Shown one piece after another: positions 26,258 to 38,260 of a stretch of DNA of 64,000 nucleotides. Source of the stretch: Octopus vulgaris. Taxonomy: Eukaryota. How positions within the stretch are numbered: position 1 is the first letter of the stretch; every line of letters starts with the position of its first letter. The notes beneath the pieces are model-generated. The model was not told where the DNA came from, searched no databases, and worked only from the letters and a program-made list of their open reading frames with translations. A program made the translations under genes and the position numbers. The stretch is taken from NCBI GenBank assembly GCA_951406725.2, contig OX597817.1, forward strand, positions 2,542,001 through 2,606,000. Reading direction: 5' to 3'.

Positions 26258-26540
26258 CTCATCATCATCCTCACACTCGTCGTCGTCGTCGTCGTCGTTG
26301 TAATCATCATCCTCACAGCCATCGTCTACGTCATCGTCATCATCATCATCATCATCATCGTCGTCGTTGTTGTAGTCGTAATCATCATCCTCATCCTTAT
26401 CACTAACACCATCATCATTGTCGCCATGATCATTATTACCGTCGTCGTTCACACACACCTCCTCCTCCTCCTTCTCCTCCTCCTTACCACTATCATCCAC
26501 ACAAACCGTCATAAGATGCAGGAACAGCAGCAGCATCATA
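26258..26540. repeat. Degenerate (CAT/CGT/CCT)n trinucleotide repeat
   Basis: Direct reading. Confidence 0.9.
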
Positions 26541-26765
26541 GTCGTTCATCTTACATAAAAGGCCATGTTGCCCATCTAACGACCTAAAATATGCACTGGA
26601 AAATGTCACGTCTATGATATAATGTATAGTTTTAAATGCCGAGATTCAGAGTAAAGAAGGAAAACGGAAAAGTCAAAGCCAACTCCTCGACGGAATGGTC
26701 ATTCGTGAGATTCGAGTTTCTCCACATGGAACAAGGAAGAAATATGCGAATGTGGTAAAAATTTC

Positions 26766-26989
26766 CACACACACACACGCACGCACACACACGCACACAC
26801 GCACACACACATACATACACACATACACACACACACACACACATACACACACACATACACACACACACACACACATACACACACACATACACACATACAC
26901 ACACACATACACATATACACACACACACATACACACATACACACATACACACACATACACATACACACACACATATACACACACACATA

Positions 26990-27040
<51 letters not shown>

Positions 27041-27075
27041 ACATACACACACACATACACACATACACACATACA

Positions 27076-27138
<63 letters not shown>
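26766..27138. repeat. (AC)n/(ACAT) compound microsatellite
   Basis: Direct reading. Confidence 0.95.
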
Positions 27139-27144
<6 letters not shown>

Positions 27145-27280
27145 GTTACCTCATATGTAAACAAACAAGTTTGTTTTTGAAGCGTTGAAATGTATTGTAG
27201 AACAAGTGGAATGATACGTTTTATTTTTCAACACGTAAATAATGAACAGTATGTATAAAAGATGAAATCCTTTATATATA

Positions 27281-27615
27281 GAAGCGCATGGCTCTGTGTT
27301 TAGAGTGCCGCCCTCACAATCATGAGGTAGTGAGGTCGATTCCTGAACCGGGCTGTGTGTTGTGTTTTTGCGCGAGACACTTTATTCAATGTTATTCCAG
27401 TTAACTCAGCTGTAAAAATGAGTTGCAACATCACTGATCCCAAGCTGTATCGGCCTTTGTCTTTCCCTGGGATAACATCCTTGGCATGGAGAGGGGAGGC
27501 TGGTATGCATAGGCGACTACTGGCCTTCAATAAGCAACTTTGCCAGGACTTGTGCCTCTGAAGAGAAATTTCTAGGTGCATTCGCATGGACATTCATGAC
27601 CGAAGGAAGTCTTTA
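27281..27615 (+). mobile_element. tRNA-derived SINE
   Basis: GCGCATGGCTCTGTGTTTAGAG...GGTCGATTCC; its central part is shared with the 3457 family. Confidence 0.7.
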
Positions 27616-27689
27616 TTCATATGTATACGCGCACACATACACACACACAGACACAAACACACACACAAACACAAACACTCACACACATA

Positions 27690-28105
27690 TATCTTCGTTG
27701 TAGCTGGAACAAGGAAGACGTGTTCTTGTTTGTCTCCTGTCCACGCTTAATTTACGCGTTCGCCACCACAACCTTGTTTAGGCTTAGCAACCCTTTCTGC
27801 TTGTTTTCACTGTCCTGTTTGTGTTACCAATTTTGACCCTCCGCAAAATCTCAAATTTTATTTAATTTGCTTTGCGGGAGCAATTGTTTTATCGAAAGCG
27901 TATATTGTTGTTAAATGCTCGAAATACGAGACTAGACAAACAGCCAACATCTGATGAAGGGTCGTTCTTTATGTTGTTTGCTTTGTTTTCCATTTGTGTC
28001 TTTCGTTGTTCGAAAGAATAGTTCACGTTCCACGCATTCGTGCTTCGTATTTTTGTTGTTGTTGTTGTGCACGTTTCGTTACGTCCTGTGCCCACATATG
28101 CATAT
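27690..28105 (+). mobile_element. Unclassified interspersed repeat, possibly Penelope-derived; three copies
   Basis: Homologous to 37705-38260(-) and 61080-61320(+); shared gcgggagcaa...aacagcc-aca-ctgatgaagggtc. Confidence 0.7.
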
Positions 28106-28347
28106 ATATATAAGTAGAGATGTACGTACATGGCTCCGTGGTTTGAAATTTGTATCCCAGCAATATGGATTGGGCTTCAGTACTAGTGGGTGCAGCATGG
28201 GATAATTTTTTCCACTGTCATCTCAGCCCGACTGAAGCTTCGGGTTTCGTGGACGGAAACTGTAAGAAGACCCCATCATATATATATACGTTTATCTATT
28301 TGTTTTGCAAGATTCCTGGTGTGAAATCGTGTATTGAAACAGACAAA

Positions 28348-28547
28348 GTTGTATTTCGGGATGGTCATTTTTTTTTCCAATTAAAAGCACGCGCTATATA
28401 TTTTTTCTTCACTGATTTTATTATTTTAACTCATGTTCATGAGTTAAAATAATAAAATAAGAACAGTAATAAACGAGTGAAGAAGAAATATATAGTATAT
28501 TGTTATATTTGGCAAAAATTAAAAAAATGACCATCCCGAAATACAAC
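28348..28547. repeat. Inverted repeat, about 30-35-bp arms
   Basis: gttgtatttcgggatggtcattttttt pairs with aaaaaaatgaccatcccgaaatacaac. Confidence 0.85.
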
Positions 28548-28959
28548 AATATCTCCCTGTGCCTGTGAAACCTTGCATCCCTGCCATAAGGCTTTACTTA
28601 CACTCACGCCAGTTTAATTCGTCCTTAGTGGAAAGATACCTGTTGTTATGGCCTGTTATTTGCATTTCTGTAACATTTTCCGTTATTTTCCCTCCCTTGT
28701 TTTCGTATACATTCGCTACTTTCTTCCAAGGAAGCTAATGCTTATAACTTAGTTTTTTTCTTGGGGCTGGCCAGATTGGAGCAATCTCGAGTATAACCAG
28801 CCCAAATTGCAAAGATAATCTGGAACTCGACTCGACTGAGAAAAGAAAATTCCGAATGACCTGTCCTCGTTTTCTTTGTATCGTCTATCTGGATGCTTTG
28901 CTGTCCCCTTTTTTGTATCACCTAACTCTCTGGTTGTTTTGCGTTCTTGTTCCATTTTG

Positions 28960-29018
<59 letters not shown>

Positions 29019-29084
29019 GGTCCCGGGTTGATTCGGGGTAAACCACAGTAAATAAGGTACTCAATACATAGTAGAGTAAAATTA

Positions 29085-29205
29085 ATTTATTATATAGAAG
29101 GAGCTTCTACAGGACTAGAACTGTTTCATTCAAGAGAAATCTTCAGTTCCTGAAGATTTCTCTTGAATGAAACAGTTCTAGTCCTGTAGAAGCTCCTTCT
29201 ATATA

Positions 29206-29211
<6 letters not shown>
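29085..29211. repeat. Perfect inverted repeat, 62-bp arms with 3-nt spacer; each arm holds a CTGAAGA...GAAA hammerhead-like core
   Basis: Arms 29085-29146 and 29150-29211 are exact reverse complements. Confidence 0.95.
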
Positions 29212-29247
<36 letters not shown>

Positions 29248-29297
29248 ATATACATATATACATATATATACATATATATGCATATATAAATACCCCC

Positions 29298-29331
<34 letters not shown>

Positions 29332-29332
29332 G

Positions 29333-29471
29333 GGGAGAATTCACAAAAAAACAAATGAGGTAGACAGAAGTGAAAAAGTCCTTTAACATTTCGAGCCTAC
29401 GCTCTTCCACAGAAAGGAACACAGAAAGAAATAGGGAGAGAAAATAAAGAATGTATAGTGGGTAGCGATCT

Positions 29472-29475
<4 letters not shown>
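29333..29475 (-). mobile_element. Solo Penelope pLTR fragment with hammerhead-like motif
   Basis: Homologous to 23525-23703; cctttCTGTGGA-A-GAGC-gtag-GCTC-GAAA-TG-TT-aaagg. Confidence 0.75.
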
Positions 29476-29509
<34 letters not shown>

Positions 29510-29519
29510 CATGGATAAA

Positions 29520-29733
29520 GTGTCTGTTTTTGTCTCTTTGTGTCTCCGTTTGAACCCACCACCGCCTAACAACCGGTGTTGGTATGTTCATGTTCCCGTA
29601 AGTAAGCGGCTCACGAAAAGTGAGCGGTTGAATAAGTACTAGGCATAAAAAAATAAAAATACTAGTATCGATGTACGACTAAAATTCCGCAGGACCCTGC
29701 TCCACCGTGGCTGCAGTCTAATGAGTGAAACCA
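29520..29733 (+). mobile_element. SINE 3' half (5141 family)
   Basis: Matches 5445-5630. Confidence 0.65.
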
Positions 29734-30113
29734 ATATAGGTCATAGATAAACGATATGCATAAGCATTTATGTATGTATGTATATATGACTATATGTATG
29801 TTTGTGTGTGTTTCTGTGAGAATATATAAATGTGAGGTCCAAGGATCGCGGTGTTGGTAGAAGGTGAGCTTTAAGTAAATCGTAGAAAACATAAAAACAA
29901 CTTTTAGGAAAATTCTAATCGAATCTTCCGTGTGTTGAGATGTACCTGCTTACGACAATGTAAACTTCATTTAATCAAGATACCCTTGGTCTAATGAGTA
30001 TCCTGCGGTATACATCTCTCTTATATATTTACCACTTCTGAGGTTCCACGCTCTATGAAATATGTATAGCCTGGATATTATCTACTCCATTCCTTAACTC
30101 TTGTATACATACA

Positions 30114-30192
<79 letters not shown>

Positions 30193-30491
30193 ATATCTAT
30201 CTATACTGCGAGGATGATCCGGTTCTTGACTGAAGATTGAAGGCTTCGAATGTCCCGTCCGTATTTTTTGTATCGTCTTCTAAATGTTTTGCGTTCTTGT
30301 CCCAGTTTGTATATATATATATATATATAAGAAAAAAATTTTGTCTCTTTTTATGGAGACAAGAGTGTCCATAAGACTGCAAAAAAAAAAGAAGTGCTCA
30401 GAGACAGAGATAAAAATCATTGATCAGAAAATAAACATCAAATTTGATGTTTGTTCTGTGATCAATGTTTTATATATATATATATATTATA

Positions 30492-32202
30492 TCTATATAT
30501 AAAAGGCAGTTTGTCTGTCTGTGTGTCTGTCAGGTTGTACCCTCACCCTGACCACGGCTTTCAACCGATTCTGATGAAACGTGGCACACACATAGCCCAA
30601 TGTCATAATTCAAATCTAACGCAGCGAAAATTTTGAAAAGTTGCCCCAGTCCTGAAAAGAATCGATAAATTCGACATGGGGTCGAGAATCTAAGCTTATC
30701 ATATGCAACTCATTTTCCGTTGTAGTTCTCGCAACTTGCAATCGATTTTCACCAAACTCATGGTGAAGCTTAATGTTACCCTAAGGAACTTAATTGTGAC
30801 GTTAGTTTTCTATGCAATACCTTACCATCAGAAAAAAATCGAAAAAATCATGCCATTTTGGGAAATCGTGTTCAAATTAAAGTTGACATATTTTCGACAA
30901 TATCTTTAACAAATTGGCAGGAATTTTTTTGAAATTCACAGTGAGCTTCATGTCTGATCCAAGGCGCTATATGGCCCTTTTGATTCCAATAGTATACGTT
31001 ATTACTGGAAAAAATCGGTTAATTACATCATATGTGGCACACATAGCAAACCGATTTTTCTGAGATATTTTTTAAAAGTTCGCTTAAACTTTCCCATCAC
31101 CGATGTTGGACATCAAGTTTGCATTAAATGTCAAACTAACGACCAGCAACGTGGGGGGATTTACTTCCTTGACGCACCTGGCGGCACTGGCAAAACCTTC
31201 GTCACGAAACTAATTCTGGTGGAGGCCAGACGCACCACGGACATTGCCCTGGCTTCCTCTGGTATCGCGGCCACGTTGCTTCCGGGTGGCAGAACCGCCC
31301 ACTCTGCCTGCAGACTCCCGCTCGATCTGGCAAAGTCCGAGTCACCTATCTGCAACATCGCCAAGAACTCAGAACAGGCCGACATTCTGCGCAGATGCAA
31401 ACCCATCGTATGGGACGAGTGCACTATGGCACACAAAGGCGCCGTTGAGGCACTGGACAGGCCCCTGCAAGACATCAGAGACTCTACGGCCCCCATGGGA
31501 GGATTGACTTTACTTCTTTCAGGAGACTTCAGGCAGACTCTACCTGTTATTCCTAAAGGAACCTGTGCCGATGCCGTGCGCGCGCGCCTTAAGTCGTCAG
31601 CTCTTTGGGCACATGTGCGGCCCTTACACCTCCAAACTAACATGCGCGCGCAGTTGATTGGTGACAGCGGATCCGCTGCATTCTCCAGAGACCTTTAATC
31701 GCTCGGTGAAAATAGGATGCCGACTGATGCGGACGGCTGCGTTCAATTGGACTCATTTTGCACCTCTGTCGACACCCCTGCGAGCCTCTGGGAGGCTATC
31801 TTCCACGACCTACAAAACAATTTACGCGACCTAAAATGGCTGGTAGGCAGAGCTATTCTCGCAACCAAAAGTACAACCGTCAACTCCATCAATATCCAGC
31901 TACTTGAAGCTATTCCTGGTGATGTCCACGTCTACAAATCTATAGATAGGACAGCAGACCCCACCGAGCTTGCTGATTATCCCGTTGAATACCTGAATTC
32001 ACTTGAACCGCCAGGCCTGCCGCCACACATTCTGAAGTTAAAAGTCGACGCGCCCATTATGCTCATCAGGAATTTGGTTCCACCTAAACAGTGCAACGGC
32101 ACACGTCTGGTTGTGAAACATTTGGCACCACATTTAATAACGGCCACAATACTTACCGGTTGTGGGAAGGGAGAAGACGTCTTCATTCCACTCATGCACC
32201 TT

Positions 32203-32205
<3 letters not shown>
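30492..32205 (+). mobile_element. Internally deleted Helitron: 5' TC terminus plus PIF1 helicase fragment
   Basis: A|TCTATATATAAAAGGCAGTTTGTCTG start; the first ~200 bp match the mini-Helitron at 48456-49606; helicase lies downstream. Confidence 0.85.
31141..32205 (+). pseudogene. Helitron RepHel PIF1-family (SF1B) helicase fragment with one in-frame stop at 31696
   Basis: YFLDAPGGTGKTF (Walker A), ASSGIAATLLPGGRTAHS, IVWDECTM, GDFRQTLPVIP, LQTNMR, LEPPGLPPHILKLKV, CNGTRLVV; ORFs 31219 and 31717 are in the same frame. Confidence 0.95.
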
Positions 32206-32249
<44 letters not shown>

Positions 32250-32470
32250 AAATGGATAAATGAATTATCTTGTTAAGGATCTTTCAAAATTTAACCGAAA
32301 CCTGGGTAGCAAAAATCACAACAGAAAAAACACGGTTGAAGTTACGACCTTGGGGTGTCGCAACCGTGCCCTAGCGCGGATAATTGAAGTTTAATATATT
32401 TAGTGAAGGGAAGAAATGGAGCTGAACGAAGATTCTACAGAATTCCTTTTATTATTTTCTACACATGTTT

Positions 32471-32520
<50 letters not shown>

Positions 32521-33479
32521 CATACATACATGCATACATACATATGTATAAATATACAGACATAGATATAGCCATGTGTGTATATATATATATGAATGTA
32601 TATATACATACATACACACACACATATATACAATGCAAAGACACACACAAATACATGCACACACACATAATGAAACTGATATGCTTATATGGTCATATAA
32701 GATAAAATCTGTTTTGTTTTGTTTCTTTTTCATGTGTGCTCATTTTATTATTTGAAATCTTTGTACAAAGCCCACATTGACGGTTTTTTTCCTTCTAGTA
32801 TATTTATTTATGCATGTATATGTTTGCAATTGGAATTTCCTCTCCCGAGGAGTCCTCTGGGAAGAATTATAGCTAAACTGGGTTGCACATGCTTTAGAAA
32901 CTTTCTCCATCTTTCTGCTGCTATTGCTAGTAACATATTAAGTAAAGGTAGTATGGACATGACTGTTACCAGGTTGACCACAGTAATCGCCAAAATTAAT
33001 GCTGTCACAAATCTAAACTGCCTATGGGGCTACTCACCAGATAATTTTTTTAGTGCTTTAGTCCCTTATTCTTACTAAAATTATAAACAATCATAAAGCA
33101 ATTGTTTACTATTTTCTCCATAACTGGGAGTCTTGATTGGCGCTAAAACATTTTCCTGTAGCGCTGGTTCTAAATCCCATATCACTGGGAACGGATCACA
33201 ATTGAATAACAGATAAGTTTAGCCAAGGACACCAAGTCACCCCAAGTCTCTCAGTCAGAACAGACATTGCCTAGAGTTTGTTGGTGTAGTAACAACATAA
33301 ATCTTATGCACCCGGATATCCCTTTCGTGTTGTTGCTACCCAGCAGTGACGTGTTACCGGCGGGAAACGTGAAAAGCCCACAGTCCTCCTCACTAACACA
33401 CTACACGCATCCCAGCACGTTTTGACACAGACACACACATCTATGGTCTCTGTATTTGTCTATATATGTGTACGTTTGA

Positions 33480-33563
33480 ATGTATGTATGCTTGTATTTA
33501 TGTGTGTCTGTTTGTATGCATGCTTATATGCATAAATGTGTAAATATATATATATATATATAG

Positions 33564-33612
<49 letters not shown>

Positions 33613-33774
33613 TGTGTGTGTAATATATGTCTACATGTATGTATGTCTGATGGATGGACGCATGTATGCATGGACGCATGTACGTATGCATGTATGTATG
33701 TATGTATGTATGTATGGACGCATGTACCTATGCATGTATGTATGTATATGTATTTATGTATGTATGTATGTATA

Positions 33775-33810
<36 letters not shown>

Positions 33811-33950
33811 TGTATGTGTGTGTGTATGTATGTATGTATGTATGTATGTATGTGTGTGTATGTATGTGTGTGTATGTATGTGTGTGTGTATGTATGTATG
33901 TATGTATGCATGTATGTATGTATGCATGTATGTATGTATGCATGTATGTA
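33480..33950. repeat. (TA)/(TATG)n compound microsatellite
   Basis: Direct reading. Confidence 0.95.
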
Positions 33951-34481
33951 AATTTACTGATGAGCAAGAAGCGAGAAAAATAGAGAGGATATTGTAGATT
34001 ACATTCGTGATTGCTTGCCTTCGATTAAGTGATAAAGGCATGATATTCATATTAAATGATACTAATCAAGGAGTTTACAATCAGAAACAGCGTGTGGTTG
34101 CTTTTTTGTGTTTGTACACACACACACACACAAACACACACGTACCATCCTGTGAATGTATGTGTATGAGAACCCGCGTGTGTAAATCTTGTGTTTGCCA
34201 TATCACAGTCTATTATTTAGAATGCATCCGAATTCCAGTGCGGTGTTGATTGTAACGTTCATGTGTGAATGAGCATATTTTGATAGCATTTTTTAAAAAA
34301 TTTCAGCTATCACAAAGAGAAACACCGAAAATACTGGGTGGGGAGTAAAAGAATAGTAGAAAATTAGAAAAAATAATGGAGCGGAAGAAAAAAAAAGCAA
34401 AATATAAAGAAAACAAATTAAGTGGAAATACACAAGAAAAATGAAAAATATATTACTAGAATATATATATATTCTACATAC

Positions 34482-34538
<57 letters not shown>

Positions 34539-35648
34539 TGTAAATAGAAGAAAACTGGAAATAAAATTTGCTAAACACAAATACTTCTGGAGGAAATTTT
34601 TGAACTTCAGAAGAAATTGAAACCAACGTCTATATAAGGAAGTGAGAATGTAGTGGGTGTGGTGCTGGTTTGGAATGAATGTAATACGAAACATAAACAA
34701 ACGCTAAAGAATTTTCAAATCATACCACATTTGTAAGAAAATTAATAATCTTTGTATTTTTGTGCATTTTGGTTGTTTTTGTCCAAAACAAAAGTTGTAT
34801 ATTAGAAGAGGCAACAATACACATATATAAATGTACGTATGCCTGTATGCATGTGTGTATATATATATATATATTTGTATAGTTATATATATGTATATAT
34901 GTATATATGTGTGTGTATGTATGTATATATGCGTCTGTGGGAGGTATTTTATGCTTATATGTATACATGTGTGTATGTGTGTGTGTTCATATATATGTTT
35001 GTATATGTGTATGCGATATATGTATGGTATTATTTTATTAGTTGTTTTAATTCTTTTCTATAAAAGAGGAATAACTTTCTTAGGAAAAAGAAATATACTT
35101 TTATCGTTCAAAATTTAATATAAACAATGAATTATAAATCGAGCCCTGGAGACTTTTGTAGAACATTTTAACCCTTCTGCTTCGAATTTGTATTTGTAAA
35201 ATGGGGACTAGCTGGTCACATTCTTTATCTGAAAAGCCGAGATTTTCGAGAACAACTCTTAAACATTTGCTAACATCAAATGCACAAACAAATATAGCTA
35301 TGAATTTGTTAAATAAATTATGAATATAATTAATATTCTAGATAGAGAATCCCTAGATTTTCAAGCAATTGTCCACAAATATTGTCTTTTTTTACTGATT
35401 TTGTAAGAGAAGATCATATCTGATGTACCAAGTAAACATCCTAAATGCTGGATATCAGTATTGTTATTGTAAATCAACTGCATTAAAGTACATTACGTTC
35501 TTGTAAAAGGAAATCTCTGACTATTATATATATATATATATATACATACACTGAACAGCAAAAGAAACGTGATATTTTTAAAAATCATTTTTATGTGGTA
35601 TACATTCATTTCGGGGATGTAAGCGTAAATTTTTCAAGACCTGCTGGT

Positions 35649-36017
35649 TTATGGCTGAGACCCAAATTTCAGGGTGTTGGCCGATTGCAAGTACGACAGC
35701 GTTCTCTGGTTGTTCCAAGAGCTTACAATATCCATGTCAGCGCCATCAATCGCCTGCAACAGTGATACAACACCAACAGCACTGCAGACCGTTCCCGCAG
35801 AGGGCGCCTCCGGGTGACCATGCCGATAGGCTTGCCAAGCAAAGTGATAAAATGGTGGTGAATTCTCCCTTACTACGCGGAGGATGACGTCTTGACTGAT
35901 GTAGTTAAAAGCGTTCTTAAGGTCAAGTTTGAGAATGACTTTTGATGACTCACAGAGCAAGCTGTTGAAAGCCCTGGTGGCATGAGCAGCAGCCACAGAA
36001 CCTAGCATAGTACCCAC
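35649..36017 (-). mobile_element. CRE-like non-LTR RT fragment
   Basis: GSVAAAHATRAF...VILKLDLKNAFNYISQDVILRVV...P.FY.F...AY fits the G.EAA.HA.R...LKLD..NAFN pattern of CRE-clade RT. Confidence 0.65.
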
Positions 36018-36084
36018 TCCTTGCTAAATAGAGGAAAATCCTCGGTCAGACAGTTAGAAACTGAGGGAGGCACACTTTTGCTGT

Positions 36085-37410
36085 TAGGCGTCGTAGTTCT
36101 TGGGTTCTATGAAGTCAGTGACGATAAAAGTGTTATAAGACTGATTGACGTCATCGCAACTGCGTTGAACTCCTTCAGTGATGCTACAGATGAATTAATG
36201 AGCCAGAATTATGACGGAGCAGCTGCAATGGCAGGAACGCTAAACGAAGTACAGAGCAAGCTAAAGGACAAAGGATTTAAACACGCGTACTTCATTCACT
36301 GCTATGCGCATAGACTTAAGTTAGTCTTGAGTAAAAGTGCCGAGAAGGTGGGTGGAGTAAAAATGATTTTTTTTTTCTCATTTACGAGCATGTAGTAAAT
36401 TTACATCTTCCAGCACCAGGTGGAAAAACGCTTTTAGGCAGTTTAATGTCAGTATTCCATTACTGTGCGAAACAAGATGGTGCTATAGATCAAGAAATGT
36501 GTCATCCATAAAACTGTTGATAAAACATTGAAAAGTGCCCTCACAAGTATTCTAGGTTCTTGTGAAAAGTAGGGTGAAGATACACTTTGTCAAACAGACA
36601 ATCTATTGACAAAGTTGAATGATTTCACGTATTTTTCATCAATTGCTTTCGTAACATACTTTCTCAAGCTGGAAAAATCTTTGATATCCTGCAGTGAAAG
36701 CTACTCGATATAAAGCATGGTCAGAGTAAACTCAATGACTTCATTCATTGTGCTGAAAGTTATCGTATGGACGAACATTATGAAAACATTTTGCACGATA
36801 CAGCTGCTGTCATTGAACAGGCAGATGAGTCCGATCCACCTCCAAGAAAAGAGTCAGAGGTGCATAAATTAATTACAAAACTACCTATTTTGAAATAATT
36901 GATAACATTCTTACGAGAGAGATTTTCTGGCATTCAGGAGTATGCATTTTTTGAATTACTAGACGTTTATAAGTTTGAAGAGTTTTCTAACTCGTTTCCC
37001 ATGCAACATATGGACGCTCTAGAAAATTACTATCCCTTCATTTTTGACTGCAAGTGCTTTGTGAATAAGGGCTAAAATATATGTATATTGACAATGACTT
37101 CAAGAAATCAATCAACTCTTTTTTAGAATCACTCCATAAATTAGAGTTGACATCCGCTATGCTGGAATCCATTAAACTAATTAAGCTAGTGCTGTCCCAC
37201 CCCTTAACATCAGTCGCTAATGAGAGAAGTTTCTCAACGTTGTATAGAATCCGCTCATACCTGAGAAGCACAATGGCCCAAGGATGGCTGTCTTGACTGG
37301 CTCGTATTTCCATCGAGAAAACCATTTTAAGCGACTTGGACAACAAGAATCAGTTGCACGCACGAGGCATCAAACCCAGACGACTGGGATTCATAGATAA
37401 ATGAAGTAAT
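36085..37410 (+). mobile_element. hAT transposase relic (ZMYM1-like type) with hATC dimerisation domain
   Basis: SQNYDGAAAMAG; FIHCYAHRLKLVL; ETRW; LVLSHPLTSVANERSFSTLYRIRSYLRSTM; multiple stops and frameshifts. Confidence 0.9.
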
Positions 37411-37566
37411 TGTTATATTTAAACTATATTTCTGTTATATTGTTAAATTATCCGAGCACCTATAAGTCTGTGGTGTGCAATATGTCTCTTACCTTCTTTT
37501 ATACATGTGTCTTATGCGAAATCTGTGATTAGCCCGAGTGACGTTGATGAACTGGGATCGTCTCAG

Positions 37567-37603
<37 letters not shown>

Positions 37604-37643
37604 GCATATATACATATGTATATGTACGTAGTTACATCTATAC

Positions 37644-37694
<51 letters not shown>

Positions 37695-37704
37695 TATGTG
37701 AGCA

Positions 37705-38260
37705 CAGGATCTCATCAGACGTGTACAACAAAAAAATACGAAGTACGAGTACATGGAATATGAACTATTTTTGAACAACGAAAGGCACAAATGAAAAACA
37801 AAACTAACAACATAAAGAACGACCATTCAACAGTTGTTGGCTGTTTTTCTACTCGCGTATTTCGAGCATTTAACAACAATATACGCTTTCGATGAAACAG
37901 TTGCTCTCGTAAAGCAAATTAAAGAAAATTTGGGATTTTGCAGAAGGTCGGAATTAGTAACACAAGCAGAACAGTGAAAACAAACAGGAAGGGCTGCTAA
38001 GCTTACACTTGATTGTGGTGGCAAATGCGTATATCAAGCTTGGACAGGAGACAGACAAGAACACATCTTCCTTGCTCCAGCTACAACAGAGAGAAAGAAA
38101 CACAAGTTAGAAGAAAGATGGTCGATGGTCACGTGGGAGATACGTGAGCAAGAGAGGAGGAGTGAGGGAGAGAGAGTGTCCATGCTTTGTATACGCGTAC
38201 GCCACCACAACCTCGTTTAGACTTAGTAGCCTTTCCTGTTTGTTTTCACCGTCCCGTTAG
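37705..38260 (-). mobile_element. Second copy of the 27690 repeat
   Basis: Reverse-complement similarity (tttcgagcatttaacaacaatatacgctttcgat); part of the copy is in flipped orientation near 38190-38255. Confidence 0.7.

Noticed and set aside
31219-32250. Host PIF1 helicase gene
   Set aside because: Intronless, truncated at both ends, has a stop, and follows a Helitron 5' terminus.
32740-33420. HERO-like LINE N-terminal region on the minus strand
   Set aside because: Only vague motif resemblance (LLAIAAERW, PRERKF); cannot be supported without a search.
36021-37296. Host ZMYM1-like gene
   Set aside because: Multiple stops and frameshifts; a hAT transposase relic.
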